From Alphaproteobacteria bacterium (GTDB lineage: Bacteria > Pseudomonadota > Alphaproteobacteria > UBA7985), in contig CBFIIW010000015.1 of NCBI GenBank assembly GCA_965662775.1, forward strand, positions 6,946 to 70,945: a stretch of 64,000 bases of DNA, written 5' to 3'. The position numbers and the translations under genes are program-made. Below, in pieces: positions 28,579 to 38,455 of this stretch; the first letter of the stretch is position 1; every line of letters starts with the position of its first letter. The notes beneath the pieces are model-generated. The model was given only the letters and a program-made list of their open reading frames with translations. It had not been told where the DNA came from and did no database searches.

Positions 28579-30138
28579 TCAGGCGGTCGGGGTAGCAAAC
28601 TCCCGACTGATGACGCGTTTCATGCGTCCGGGAGTATACCACAGGGCGAACAGGCCACAGCCCCACGCCACTGCACCGTAACCGATCCAAAAGGCAAATA
28701 AGTTACCCGGCGCCAATCGCGCAACCAGGAGGTAGACGATAAACGGCCCAGCAACCAGCCGGACGCAATTGATGAGCATGGCGAAAAGCGGCCGTTTCAT
28801 GCCCTGCAGCGTCCCGGAATTCATGAATACCAGCGCAAAGGCAGGGAGAAGGAAGGCCGAAACTGACAGCATGCCCGATGACACCTGCAGGGTTTCGTCC
28901 GACCTGTTGATCCAAGATGGGAACAGACTGTGACCAGCAAATTGGATGACCATACCGATGAGAGTGATGACGAGTGCACTGACCAGCGCCAACCGGTAAG
29001 CACGCCAGATCCGCTCTTCCTTGCGGGCTCCGAGATTGTTACCGACAATGGAGATCAGCGCCAGTTCCAACCCAATGACAGGCAGCAGCAGGAGCTGTTC
29101 GATCCGGGCAGCGTTCATGTAGCCGTTGACGGCTGCTTCACCTGCCTCAGCCGGGGACATGGTTGCGAGGAGGACGCTCCCGGCCTGTTTGGCGATTTCA
29201 GGCACGAAGAACTGGATCGAGATGAAGCCGCCAGCAATCAGCAGCATGTTCACGGCGGCGGGAACGCCTTGGCCGATCACTTGGCTGAGCAGGGGCCAGA
29301 ACGGGACGAATTCTCGCAGCTTCAAGCCCTCGAAGATCCCGGTCCGGAGCGCCACGATCATAACCACGGCAGCGCCTGCAAGCTGTGTAAAGACGGTCGC
29401 CCAAGCCAGGCCGGCCACGCCCAATTCAGGCAGGAAGTTCGGTAGATCAACGCTGAGGCCATAGAGGCTGAATGGCGTGCCGCCAAAGACAAGGATGGGG
29501 TCGAGGATCAGGTTGGCAAAAAAGGCTACGACCTGAACGATACCGAAGGTAGTGAAATCGCCTTTTGCGCTGAGGATGGCGTTGAACACGGAAATCACGA
29601 TCAGCACCGGAGCAAGAAAAACAATGGGGTAGATGTAGGCCAGTCCGAGGCGCACTGCCTCTGCATTCCCGCCGGACAACACGTCGTAGTAGAGCGCGAG
29701 AACCGTGCCTTCGCGACCAGGCACCGGGAACGCAACAGCAAACAGGAACAGCGAGATTCCAACCAAAACGCCTGCAATCATCGCCTGCGCAACGATATGC
29801 CGCGCGCGGTCCTGATCCTTGCCGCCTAGTGCGTTGGCGACCAGTGCGGTTGTCCCTTGCATCAGCCCGATAGAGAAGGCCTGCATCAGGAAGAACGGAC
29901 CGAAAGAGCGCGCTAGTGCAGCGCCGGTAGCATTCGCAGCCTCTCCTGCGACCGGATATTGGTTCGCCCAGATCGTGTCGACTAGATTGTAGGCGATCAT
30001 GAAGAAGAACCCGATCCCTGCGGGCAGGGCCAGCATAATCAAGAGGCGGCCGATGGGGTCTTGGGTCAGGTCAGGGCCTCGGCGTTTGGCGGCCGTGGAC
30101 GCCGCCTCGGGCCAGGTTTTATTCGCTTTCGCCGTCAT
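28579..30138 (-). CDS. MATE family efflux transporter
   Basis: 519 aa, about 12 predicted TM helices, with the typical N-terminus GRLLIMLALPAGIGFFFMIAYNLVDTIW. Confidence 0.8.
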   Translation of the reverse strand: MTAKANKTWPEAASTAAKRRGPDLTQDPIGRLLIMLALPAGIGFFFMIAYNLVDTIWANQYPVAGEAANATGAALARSFGPFFLMQAFSIGLMQGTTALVANALGGKDQDRARHIVAQAMIAGVLVGISLFLFAVAFPVPGREGTVLALYYDVLSGGNAEAVRLGLAYIYPIVFLAPVLIVISVFNAILSAKGDFTTFGIVQVVAFFANLILDPILVFGGTPFSLYGLSVDLPNFLPELGVAGLAWATVFTQLAGAAVVMIVALRTGIFEGLKLREFVPFWPLLSQVIGQGVPAAVNMLLIAGGFISIQFFVPEIAKQAGSVLLATMSPAEAGEAAVNGYMNAARIEQLLLLPVIGLELALISIVGNNLGARKEERIWRAYRLALVSALVITLIGMVIQFAGHSLFPSWINRSDETLQVSSGMLSVSAFLLPAFALVFMNSGTLQGMKRPLFAMLINCVRLVAGPFIVYLLVARLAPGNLFAFWIGYGAVAWGCGLFALWYTPGRMKRVISREFATPTA

Positions 30139-30260
30139 GGGTGGTCCTGAAAAAGAGGGGTGCGGGCATAGCCCTGCTTGACCTCTAGAAGTAGATTACA
30201 GGCTTCGAGTTACAACAGAGAATTCGTGGCGGCTGCAATGATTCAGCAAGCCTTCGGCAG

Positions 30261-31436
30261 CTACAGGGCGGCGGTATAGATCGCCAGTGCGGCTTCGTAC
30301 GTCATCTCCCTTGGGTTGTTCTGCAGCAAACGCGTCTGTTTCATTGCATCTTCGGCCAGTTTCGGCAGATCATTGTGGGAAATGCCAACTGCACGCAGGC
30401 TGGGGTCAACACCGCAATCGGCCGTCAGTTGCACCATGAAGTCGATGAAAGTTCCAGCGCGCGCCGTATCGCTCTTGGTTTGTTCAGCCGCCTCAGGAAC
30501 CAGAAGCGCCGCCAGATCGGCGTAGAGCGCGGGGCTGGTTTCGGCATTGAAGCGCAGCACGGGCGCCAGGACTTGCGTATTCGAGAGACCGTGGGGAACG
30601 TGAAACAATGCGCCAATCGGATAGGCCAGCGCGTGGACCGCGGCAACCGGCGCATTGGCAAAGGCCTGTCCGGCCAGCATTGCCCCCAACAGCATGTCGC
30701 CCCGGGCTGTCAGATCGCTGCCGTCTTTCATGGCGCGGGGCAGGCCGCCGGCCAGCAGCTTGAGTGCTTGCTGAGCAAGATTGTCAGAGATGGGGTTTTT
30801 CCGAACCCGGCTGGTATAGGCTTCGATGGCGTGAACCATGGCATCGATACCGGTGTGGGCCGTGACATGGGGTGGCAGGCCGCATGTCAGCCGCGGATCA
30901 AGCACGGCACCATCGGCATAGAGGACGGGATCGACAACACCGAGCTTCATTTCTGCACCGACGGTCACGATTGCGATCGGCGTGACCTCCGAACCTGTAC
31001 CGGCGGTCGTAGGTACCTGAAACAGTGGCAATCGCCCGCCAGGAACACGGCTGCGGTCGACTTGCGAGACCCCGTACATCTCGCGCAGCGGTTGCTGGGC
31101 GCGGACGAGCAGAGCAACCAGCTTGGCGGTGTCCATGGGACTGCCACCGCCAAAGCCGACTATAGCCTCCGCCTTGAAATCTCTTGCGGCCTTAACGGCG
31201 GACAGGACTTTAGTTTCCGGCGGGTCAGCTTCAACGTCGTCGTAAATTGCGACGGTCAGGCCACGGGCCTCAAGTCCAGCCACTACCGGTCCAACCAGCC
31301 CGGCACCGACAACGCCCGGGTCGGTAATCAGCATCAGCCGCCGAGCGCCGTAACCCTCGACCATCGGCGCCAGTGCTTCGGCCGCCGACTCGCCGAACCT
31401 CAGGTTTGGTACGGTCTGGAATGAAAAGACTGACAT
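30261..31436 (-). CDS. Iron-containing (group III) alcohol dehydrogenase
   Basis: GFGGGSPMDTAK motif and His cluster (HTGIDAMVHAIEAY, HALAYPIG). Confidence 0.88.
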   Translation of the reverse strand: MSVFSFQTVPNLRFGESAAEALAPMVEGYGARRLMLITDPGVVGAGLVGPVVAGLEARGLTVAIYDDVEADPPETKVLSAVKAARDFKAEAIVGFGGGSPMDTAKLVALLVRAQQPLREMYGVSQVDRSRVPGGRLPLFQVPTTAGTGSEVTPIAIVTVGAEMKLGVVDPVLYADGAVLDPRLTCGLPPHVTAHTGIDAMVHAIEAYTSRVRKNPISDNLAQQALKLLAGGLPRAMKDGSDLTARGDMLLGAMLAGQAFANAPVAAVHALAYPIGALFHVPHGLSNTQVLAPVLRFNAETSPALYADLAALLVPEAAEQTKSDTARAGTFIDFMVQLTADCGVDPSLRAVGISHNDLPKLAEDAMKQTRLLQNNPREMTYEAALAIYTAAL

Positions 31437-31526
31437 CGACCTTGCTCCCGGTTTGTTAGAGCTTAATTTTTAACGGATACATGTCACGCAGTACGCGATA
31501 GACGATACCCGAGGAGGCCCCATACT

Positions 31527-32501
31527 ATGGGTGAACCATTGCCTGTCGATCTCCGGCAACGACTAAGAGACTTTCCTGTGATCGGCGCACCGCTGTTTAT
31601 CATTTCAAACCCGGATCTGGTTCTTGAGCAATGCAAGAACGGCGTCGTTGGGTCGTTTCCGGCACTCAATGCACGCCCAGAGGCCACCTTGGATGAGTGG
31701 CTTGCTCGGATCACTGAGGAGTTGGACGCCTTTAACGCAGCCAATCCAGACCGCCCCGCTGCGCCTTTTGCGGTCAATCAGATTTGTCATCCATCGAATA
31801 ACCGGCTAGAGCACGACGTCCAGATGTGCGTCAAATACCAGGTGCCGGTGGTGATCACTTCGCTCAATCCACCCAAAGAGGTGGTGCAGGCGGTGCACTC
31901 CTACGGTGGTATCATTATGCATGACATTATCTCTATTCGGCATGCTGAGAAAGCGCTGGAGCAGGGGGTGGATGGCCTTATCTGTGTTGCCGCAGGTGCG
32001 GGCGGACACGCTGGCATGCTTTCGCCCTTCGCGCTCATTCGCGAGATCCGCAGTTTCTTCGACGGACCCGTTGCGCTGTCCGGGGCAATCTCCTCTGGCG
32101 ATGCCGTGCTGGCAGCGCAGGCGATGGGCGCTGACTTTGCCTACATCGGCACCCGCTTCATCGCCACCGAGGAGGCGCAGGCCGACCCGGACTACAAGCA
32201 GATGATCGTCGATTCTGCCGCAAAGGATGTTGTTTACACGAACCTGTTCACTGGGGTTGCGGGCAACTATCTGTCCAAGTCGGTTGAAAGGGCCGGTCTG
32301 GACCCCCGCAATTTGCCCGTGGCCGATAAGTCGAAGATGAATTTTGGCTCAGGTGGAAACACAAAAGCCAAGGCCTGGCGGGATATCTGGGGCGCAGGCC
32401 AAGGAGTCGGGAACATCACCGAAGCCGGCCCGGTGGCGGAGGTGATCGATACATTGAAGGCCGAGTACGCCGCCGCCCGAGCCCACCTAGTTGGCCATTA
32501 G
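31527..32501 (+). CDS. Nitronate monooxygenase (2-nitropropane dioxygenase family)
   Basis: FMN TIM-barrel pattern with AAGAGGHAG and IATEE motifs. Confidence 0.82.
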   Translation: MGEPLPVDLRQRLRDFPVIGAPLFIISNPDLVLEQCKNGVVGSFPALNARPEATLDEWLARITEELDAFNAANPDRPAAPFAVNQICHPSNNRLEHDVQMCVKYQVPVVITSLNPPKEVVQAVHSYGGIIMHDIISIRHAEKALEQGVDGLICVAAGAGGHAGMLSPFALIREIRSFFDGPVALSGAISSGDAVLAAQAMGADFAYIGTRFIATEEAQADPDYKQMIVDSAAKDVVYTNLFTGVAGNYLSKSVERAGLDPRNLPVADKSKMNFGSGGNTKAKAWRDIWGAGQGVGNITEAGPVAEVIDTLKAEYAAARAHLVGH

Positions 32502-33050
32502 CGCGTCGAGACGTTCGAGGTAGTCGATCGTTTTAGGGCCAAACTCAAACAGGGTGTCCGCATCGATCCCAAGTGCTGCCGCTTCCCCGCCATCGATTTC
32601 CAGCACGAAGCGGGCCGGGCCTTCAGACGGCCTGGACGTTCGCGACAGGGGCGTGGCCTCCCGCTGGATACTGACCAGCTTCGCGTCCGCGCTGATGAAA
32701 ATCATATCCAAAGGGATGAGTGTGTTTGCCATCCAGAACGCCTGCATCTGTTCTCGTTGAAATATGAAGAGCATGCCTTTGCTCACGCCCAGAACCGGCC
32801 GGTACATGAGCCCGCGCGCGTGCTGTTGGGGCGTGGTTGCGACTTCGATGTCGAAGACAAAGCGCCCGTTCTCTGTGGTGATGGTGAGAATATCCATGCC
32901 AAAGGCCATGGGTTCCACGCCTTCGGGCAGTTGGGCGGTAGATTGTGCCTGAACCGGGGGCAGCAGACCCACGGCGAGCAGGCACCACAGACCGAAAGTG
33001 ATCCGAGCGAACATTTGCAACCGCATCAGGAGGCTTCCTCGCAGGTTCAT
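32487..33050 (-). CDS. DUF192 domain protein, secreted
   Basis: Signal peptide followed by GLMYR..GMLFIF..FWMANTLIPLDMIFI, typical of DUF192/COG1430. Confidence 0.72.
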   Translation of the reverse strand: MNLRGSLLMRLQMFARITFGLWCLLAVGLLPPVQAQSTAQLPEGVEPMAFGMDILTITTENGRFVFDIEVATTPQQHARGLMYRPVLGVSKGMLFIFQREQMQAFWMANTLIPLDMIFISADAKLVSIQREATPLSRTSRPSEGPARFVLEIDGGEAAALGIDADTLFEFGPKTIDYLERLDALMAN

Positions 33051-33159
33051 TCATGCCCCTCTCTACGCTTTATCTGACAGAAACGCACATGAAGTTTGCG
33101 TGACGTCGGAGCAACTAACGTTTTGCATTCGCATCGGTCTGGTTTACCAAAGGTGTAAT

Positions 33160-33256
33160 AGACGCAGGGGAGCACTTCCCACACAGGAAAGTGCTGAGAG
33201 GCGGTGCGCCGCGACCCTAAACACCTGATCGAGTTCGGACTCGCGGAGGGAGCGTG
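33160..33256 (+). promoter_or_regulatory. TPP (THI-box) riboswitch
   Basis: Conserved core read directly: CAGGGGAGCAC..GTGCTGAGAG..GCGACCCTAAACACCTGATCGAGTTCGGACTCGCGGAGGGA. The SD GGAGG (33245-33249) and the GTG starts lie at its 3' edge. Confidence 0.85.
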
Positions 33257-34054
33257 GTGAAAGCACTAAGGGCGGCACGACCGCTCGTCTTATCTGTTGG
33301 ATTTCTCAGTCTTTGGTGGCTTGCGGCGCTGGCAATTCATGCGGCGACGGGCAAGGGCCGGTTTCTCCTGCCTTCCCCGGATCTTGTCTGGTCCGCTTTG
33401 GCCGAAAACCCTAGCTATTTCATCAAGGGGTTTCGAGTGACCCTGGTCACAGTGGTATTGGGACTGGTGATCGGCGCGATGCTGGGCCTATGGCTGACGA
33501 TCCTGCTAGCGCTCTCCCGCGGACTGCGGTTCTGGTTGCTGCCATTGTTGGTCATCTCACAAGCCATACCGGTGTTTGCGCTCGCGCCGCTCCTTGTGCA
33601 GTGGCTTGGCTGGGGTTTGGCGCCCAAGGTCGCGATGACGACCCTTATTCTTTTTTTTCCGGTCACTATGGCCTTCTGGGGTGCGCTTCGCGCCGTCGAT
33701 CGTGACATCATTGACGCAGCCCGGGTGTTCGGCGCCAACCGCTGGCAGCTGCTGCGCACGACCTACCTGCCACTGGCGCTGCCCGGTGGGCTGAACGGGC
33801 TGAAGTCTGCCGCAGCCATTGCACCCATCGGCGCCTTTATCGGTGAGCTGGTAGGGGGACAGCAGGTCGGCGGCGCTTATGGCCTTGGCTACATCATCCT
33901 CCGTGAACTCAAGATCAACGCTCGCACTGACACCATGATGGTGGCGGTGGTGTTCATGATCATTCTTGCGCTTGGGCTCTATGCCCTCGTTTCCCTTGTT
34001 GCTTCTCGGGCGTCGGCCTGGGCGGTAAGCGACCTAAAACCACTGGAGTCCTGA
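33254..34054 (+). CDS. ABC transporter permease (NitT/TauT-type, ThiX-like)
   Basis: Six-TM permease with an EAA-like loop (IIDAARVFGANRWQLLRTTYLPLALPG). The start may be the second GTG at 33257. Confidence 0.85.
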   Translation: MVKALRAARPLVLSVGFLSLWWLAALAIHAATGKGRFLLPSPDLVWSALAENPSYFIKGFRVTLVTVVLGLVIGAMLGLWLTILLALSRGLRFWLLPLLVISQAIPVFALAPLLVQWLGWGLAPKVAMTTLILFFPVTMAFWGALRAVDRDIIDAARVFGANRWQLLRTTYLPLALPGGLNGLKSAAAIAPIGAFIGELVGGQQVGGAYGLGYIILRELKINARTDTMMVAVVFMIILALGLYALVSLVASRASAWAVSDLKPLES

Positions 34055-34057
34055 ACC

Positions 34058-35023
34058 ATGAAATCCATAAAGCGCTTTGCTATCGCCGGCTTAACCGGGT
34101 TCGCTACCTGGGCCAGTCTGCTCGGTACGGCACCTTCCGCGTCAGCCGATCGGGTTACGATCCTGCTCGATTGGTTCATCAACCCAGATCATGGTCCGCT
34201 GTTTGTCGCCGAAGAGCTGGGGCTGTTTGAAGCACAGGGACTGGAGGTCGAGCTGATCGAGCCTGCTGACCCTTCGGCGCCCCCTCGTCAGGTCGCCGCC
34301 GGTCAGGCTGAGCTGGCAATCTCTTACCAGCCGCAGTTGCATATTCAGGTCGCTGAAGGTTTGCCGCTCGTTCGGGTTGCGACACTGGTTGCCACACCGC
34401 TCAACACGGTGGTGGCGCTCAAAGATGGACCAATCAAGTCGGTTGCTGACCTAAAGGGCCGAAAGATTGGCTTTTCGGTAGGTGGTTTTGAGGATGCGGT
34501 TCTAGGCGCCATGCTAGCGCGCGAGGGCCTTAGCCTCGATGATGTTGAGCTGATCAATGTCAACTTCTCGCTTAGTCCATCCTTGTACTCGGGTCAGGTC
34601 GATGCCGTTGTCGGAGCCTTTCGCAATTTCGAGCTGAACCAGATGGATATTGCGGGTCGCCCGGGGGTGGCTTTCTACCCTGAGGAAAACGGTGTCCCCG
34701 GCTATGACGAGTTGATCCTGGTTGCGGCACAGGATGGCCTGGATAATCCGGCTATACCGCGGGTGATTGCCGCGCTGGAAGCAGCGGTGCAGTTCATGAT
34801 CAATAACCCGGAAGAAGGCTGGGCGCTTTTCATCAAAGGGCGGGAAGAGTTGCTGGACAACGAGCTCAACCGCCGCGCTTGGCGCGATACCCTGCCACGC
34901 TTTGCCCTGCGCCCTGCTGCCATGGATCGAGGGCGATATACGCGTTTTGAGGCATTCCTGATCGAGCAGGGGCTGATCTCTGCCGCGCGCCCGGTGTCCA
35001 GCTACGCGGTGGAGTTGGAATAG
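34058..35023 (+). CDS. ABC transporter substrate-binding protein, NMT1/THI5-like (ThiY-like)
   Basis: Signal peptide and the NMT1/THI5-like pattern (RVTILLDWFINPDHGPLFVAEELGLF..). It lies downstream of the TPP riboswitch. Confidence 0.8.
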   Translation: MKSIKRFAIAGLTGFATWASLLGTAPSASADRVTILLDWFINPDHGPLFVAEELGLFEAQGLEVELIEPADPSAPPRQVAAGQAELAISYQPQLHIQVAEGLPLVRVATLVATPLNTVVALKDGPIKSVADLKGRKIGFSVGGFEDAVLGAMLAREGLSLDDVELINVNFSLSPSLYSGQVDAVVGAFRNFELNQMDIAGRPGVAFYPEENGVPGYDELILVAAQDGLDNPAIPRVIAALEAAVQFMINNPEEGWALFIKGREELLDNELNRRAWRDTLPRFALRPAAMDRGRYTRFEAFLIEQGLISAARPVSSYAVELE

Positions 35024-35116
35024 ACAACAAAGCTGCTTATGTTTGAAGAGCCGAACCCAGAGCGCCGCCCGCCCTATCCTGTGGCTCCGTCAGTTTCAGA
35101 ACATTCAGGTATCATC

Positions 35117-35944
35117 ATGCAGATCAAAACCATTGTTGTTCATCTTGAAAACGCCGAGCTCTGCTCCGCGCGACTAGCGACAGCTATTGAAATGGCTGAC
35201 CGACACGGTGCGCACCTAACCGGCCTGTTCCTGTCGATCGAGGAATTCGACGGAGACATCTATGGTCGATCCCGGGGGCGCGGTTTGCGCGGTGCACGCA
35301 GCGACCGGCTGGCAGCTGAGTCCGCTCAGGCAAAGGCTGACTTCGAAGGTGCCTGCAAGGTGGCTGGTCTGGCGTCCTATCGTTTCACCACCGAAATCGG
35401 AACCGACGAGCATGATCTGGAGATCCACGCAAGGGCGGCGGACTTGCTCATTGTATCGGATGTTCAGGAGCGGACGTTGGAAGACCGCTTCGTGCGCGGT
35501 CTGCCAGAGACACTGGCGCTGTCATCCGGTTTACCAGTGCTCGTCTTGCCACAGGAGTTTGAGGGAGCGTTTAATCCCAAGACAGTGCTTATTGCGTGGA
35601 AATCCTCGCGAGAAGCCGTGCGGGCTGTGCGGGATAATCTTGGGCTGTTGCAGGCGGCTGATTCAGTCATCCTTCTTTGCGTCGGTGATGTTGAAGAAAG
35701 CGGACAGTTGCCCGCAGACCAGATCCTCAACTTCCTGAAGCGCCACGGGGTCGAGGCGCAGGTTCGTCACGACTATGGTGAAACCGCGCCGGGCAAGGTG
35801 ATCCTTGCCACGGCTCAGGAGATCGGCGCTGGTGCTGTGGTTATGGGGGCTCATGGTCACCCATCCTGGCGCAATCTGGTGCTTGGCAATACCACCCGCT
35901 ACGTCCTGCGCCACCATCGTATGCCACTGCTGCTGAGCCATTAG
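35117..35944 (+). CDS. Universal stress protein with tandem Usp domains
   Basis: The ATG at 35117 gives MQIKTIVVHL... The C-terminal motif is VVMGAHGHPSWRNLVLGNTTRYVLRHHRMPLLLSH. Confidence 0.82.
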   Translation: MQIKTIVVHLENAELCSARLATAIEMADRHGAHLTGLFLSIEEFDGDIYGRSRGRGLRGARSDRLAAESAQAKADFEGACKVAGLASYRFTTEIGTDEHDLEIHARAADLLIVSDVQERTLEDRFVRGLPETLALSSGLPVLVLPQEFEGAFNPKTVLIAWKSSREAVRAVRDNLGLLQAADSVILLCVGDVEESGQLPADQILNFLKRHGVEAQVRHDYGETAPGKVILATAQEIGAGAVVMGAHGHPSWRNLVLGNTTRYVLRHHRMPLLLSH

Positions 35945-36164
35945 CGTTCCATTCGTAGACGGCAGGTGCGTTTCCGGTCTGTCGACAGCTCCTTCACGCG
36001 CACGCTGCAGCACTTCGCGCATGACCGTGTAACGTAGCGCGCAATTGTCTTCAGGGGTGGCTTACGTTACACCGCCAGCATCACACACACGCGGGCATTC
36101 CCGGTTGAGGCAGAAACGTCTGAGACAGGTTCGCGTGGAGGTTTAAACCGGAAGGAAAAAAACG

Positions 36165-37148
36165 ATGGCAGCGCCTACGTTCACGCTGCGTCAGCTCATG
36201 GAAGCTGGCGTTCACTTTGGTCACAATACCCGCCGCTGGAATCCTAAGATGGCTCCGTTCATCTTTGGTGCCCGCAACGGTGTTCACATCATCGACCTCG
36301 ATCAAACGCGCCCTATGCTGTATCGCGCGCTCGAGGCGGTTACGGCGACTGTGTCCAAGGGTGGCCGGGTGCTGTTCGTTGGCACAAAGCGGGCTGCTTC
36401 GGAAAAGGTTGCTGAAGCCGCCCAGCGCTGCGGCCAGTACTATGTCAATCACCGCTGGCCGGGCGGTATGCTGACAAACTGGAAGACGATTTCCCAGTCG
36501 ATCAAGCGAATGCGCGATATTGAAGGGATTATGGGATCCGAGGACCTCGCTAAGCTTTCCAAGAAAGAAGCGCTGATGATGTCCCGTGACCATGAAAAGC
36601 TGATGCGGACCCTGAACGGTATCCGCGACATGGGCGGTCTGCCGGACCTTATCTTCGTGCTGGACACGAACAAAGAACACCTCGCCGTAGCCGAAGCCAA
36701 AGTGCTTGGCATTCCGGTTATTGCCGTGATCGACTCTAACTCTGATCCAGACAGCATCACCTTCCCCGTACCGGGTAACGACGACGCCCTGCGAGCGATC
36801 GACCTGTATTGCGATTTGGTCGCTGACGCCGTGCTGGAAGGCCTGCAGGTTGAGGTAACCGCCTCTGTCGCTGATCTGGGTTCAAGCGAAGAGGTGCCGG
36901 TTGAATCTGCGCTGAGCGAAGATTCTACTGCACCGGCTGAGGAAGCTGCTGCGGCACCGGTTGAGGAAGCTGCTGCGGCACCGGCTGAGGAAGCTGCTGC
37001 TGCACCGGCTGAGGAAGCGACTGCCGCGGAAGAGGCACCTGCCAAAAAGGCAGCTGCAAAGAAGCCTGCTGCCAAGAAAGCACCAGCCAAGAAGGCACCG
37101 ACTAAGAAAACCGCGGCAAAGAAGGCTGATGAAAAGGCTGAAGACTGA
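36165..37148 (+). CDS. rpsB: 30S ribosomal protein S2 with a C-terminal extension of about 75 aa rich in Ala, Glu and Lys
   Basis: [19 protein letters not shown].., 327 aa versus about 250 aa for a typical S2. Confidence 0.96.
   Translation: MAAPTFTLRQLMEAGVHFGHNTRRWNPKMAPFIFGARNGVHIIDLDQTRPMLYRALEAVTATVSKGGRVLFVGTKRAASEKVAEAAQRCGQYYVNHRWPGGMLTNWKTISQSIKRMRDIEGIMGSEDLAKLSKKEALMMSRDHEKLMRTLNGIRDMGGLPDLIFVLDTNKEHLAVAEAKVLGIPVIAVIDSNSDPDSITFPVPGNDDALRAIDLYCDLVADAVLEGLQVEVTASVADLGSSEEVPVESALSEDSTAPAEEAAAAPVEEAAAAPAEEAAAAPAEEATAAEEAPAKKAAAKKPAAKKAPAKKAPTKKTAAKKADEKAED
36930..37025 (+). repeat. Four tandem copies of a 24-bp unit inside the rpsB tail
   Basis: The units are gcaccggctgaggaagctgctgcg, gcaccggttgaggaagctgctgcg, gcaccggctgaggaagctgctgct and gcaccggctgaggaagcgactgcc, encoding (APxEEAAA)x4. 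Confidence 0.95.
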
Positions 37149-37322
37149 TCCATTCGCCGAGCCGGTCCGGCTCGGCGCCTTCGAGACCTCTAGGCTCCTT
37201 CGCAAGAGGGGGGGGCTCTCCTCACTCCCCTCACCGCTACCACCACCACCAATCTTCGAGACAAGCCGACCCGGCTCAACCAAGACGCGGGTCGACATCC
37301 ACCAAGAAAAGGGATCCAGGCA

Positions 37323-38252
37323 ATGGCGAACATTACTGCCGCAATGGTCAAAGAGCTGCGCGAGACTTCCGGCGCAGGCATGCTGGACTGCAAAAAAGCA
37401 CTGGTAGAGTCCGACGGCGATATCGAGGCTGCAATCGACTGGCTGCGCCAGAAGGGTCTGTCCAAGGCTGCTAAGAAATCCAGCCGTGTGGCGGCTGAAG
37501 GTCTGGTTGCCTTCGCCGTTGATGGAACTTCCGGGGCGGCGATCGAACTCAACGCCGAGACCGACTTTGTTTCCCGCAACGAAACCTTCCAGCAGGTGGT
37601 CGGCGAAGTGGCGGACCTTTCACTGAAGGCAGGCGGCGATATCAACGCACTGCTGGCCATGGACTACCCCGGTACTGGTCGGTCTGTCGCTGATGAAGTC
37701 ACACACCAGGTTGCGACCATTGGTGAGAACATGAACCTGCGCCGGACTGCTACGCTGAGCGTTTCTGATGGTGTTGTTGCCGGCTACATGCACAATGCTG
37801 TGACCCCTTCAATGGGCAAGATCGCGGTTCTGGTTGCGCTGGAATCCGCTGGTGACAAGGAAAAACTAGGCGTTTTGGCCAAGCAGATCGCGATGCACGT
37901 CGCAGCAACCAACCCTGCTTCGACCACGGTGGACGACCTCGACCCGGCGCTGCTGGAGCGTGAGAAGAATGTCTTGACGGAGCAGGCACGCGAGTCTGGG
38001 AAACCTGAGGAAATCATCGAAAAGATGATCGTAGGTCGGATCCAGAAGTACTACGAAGAAGTGGTTCTCAACGAGCAGGTCTTCGTAATCGACGGTGAAA
38101 ACCGGGTGAAAGCCGTTATCGCTGCCCTCGCCAAGGAACTGGGAACGGACATTACTCTGAAGGGTTTTGTGCGCTTCCAACTCGGTGATGGCATCGAGAA
38201 AGAAGAGGGCGATTTCGCGGCCGAGGTTGCAGCAGCTGTCTCTGGTTCCTGA
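37323..38252 (+). CDS. tsf: Elongation factor Ts
   Basis: [24 protein letters not shown].. UBA-like N-terminus, 309 aa. Confidence 0.96.
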   Translation: MANITAAMVKELRETSGAGMLDCKKALVESDGDIEAAIDWLRQKGLSKAAKKSSRVAAEGLVAFAVDGTSGAAIELNAETDFVSRNETFQQVVGEVADLSLKAGGDINALLAMDYPGTGRSVADEVTHQVATIGENMNLRRTATLSVSDGVVAGYMHNAVTPSMGKIAVLVALESAGDKEKLGVLAKQIAMHVAATNPASTTVDDLDPALLEREKNVLTEQARESGKPEEIIEKMIVGRIQKYYEEVVLNEQVFVIDGENRVKAVIAALAKELGTDITLKGFVRFQLGDGIEKEEGDFAAEVAAAVSGS

Positions 38253-38310
38253 TGGTCGCTGCCCTGGCCACTTTTGCCAAATTGGGCAGTCTGGATTGTT
38301 TTTTGAATCA

Positions 38311-38333
38311 GGGTCGCTTCGGCGGCCCTTTTT
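38311..38333 (+). terminator. Rho-independent terminator after tsf
   Basis: Stem GGGTCGC/GCGGCCC (one T-G pair), TTCG tetraloop, then TTTTT. Confidence 0.7.
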
Positions 38334-38455
38334 CATGCGCGCGCCTTGCCAGCATTGAGCCTCGACTGTTGAGTGCAATTTGAACGCATAATCGGCTTTA
38401 AACTCACGCTGGCGTCGGTTACAACAGGGCGAAATCGCAACATGCAGGTGCATCA

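Noticed and set aside
30139-30260. A guanidine/ykkC-type riboswitch upstream of the MATE transporter.
   Set aside because: The reverse-complemented leader shows none of the conserved ykkC sequence blocks I can recall. It looks like an ordinary promoter region.
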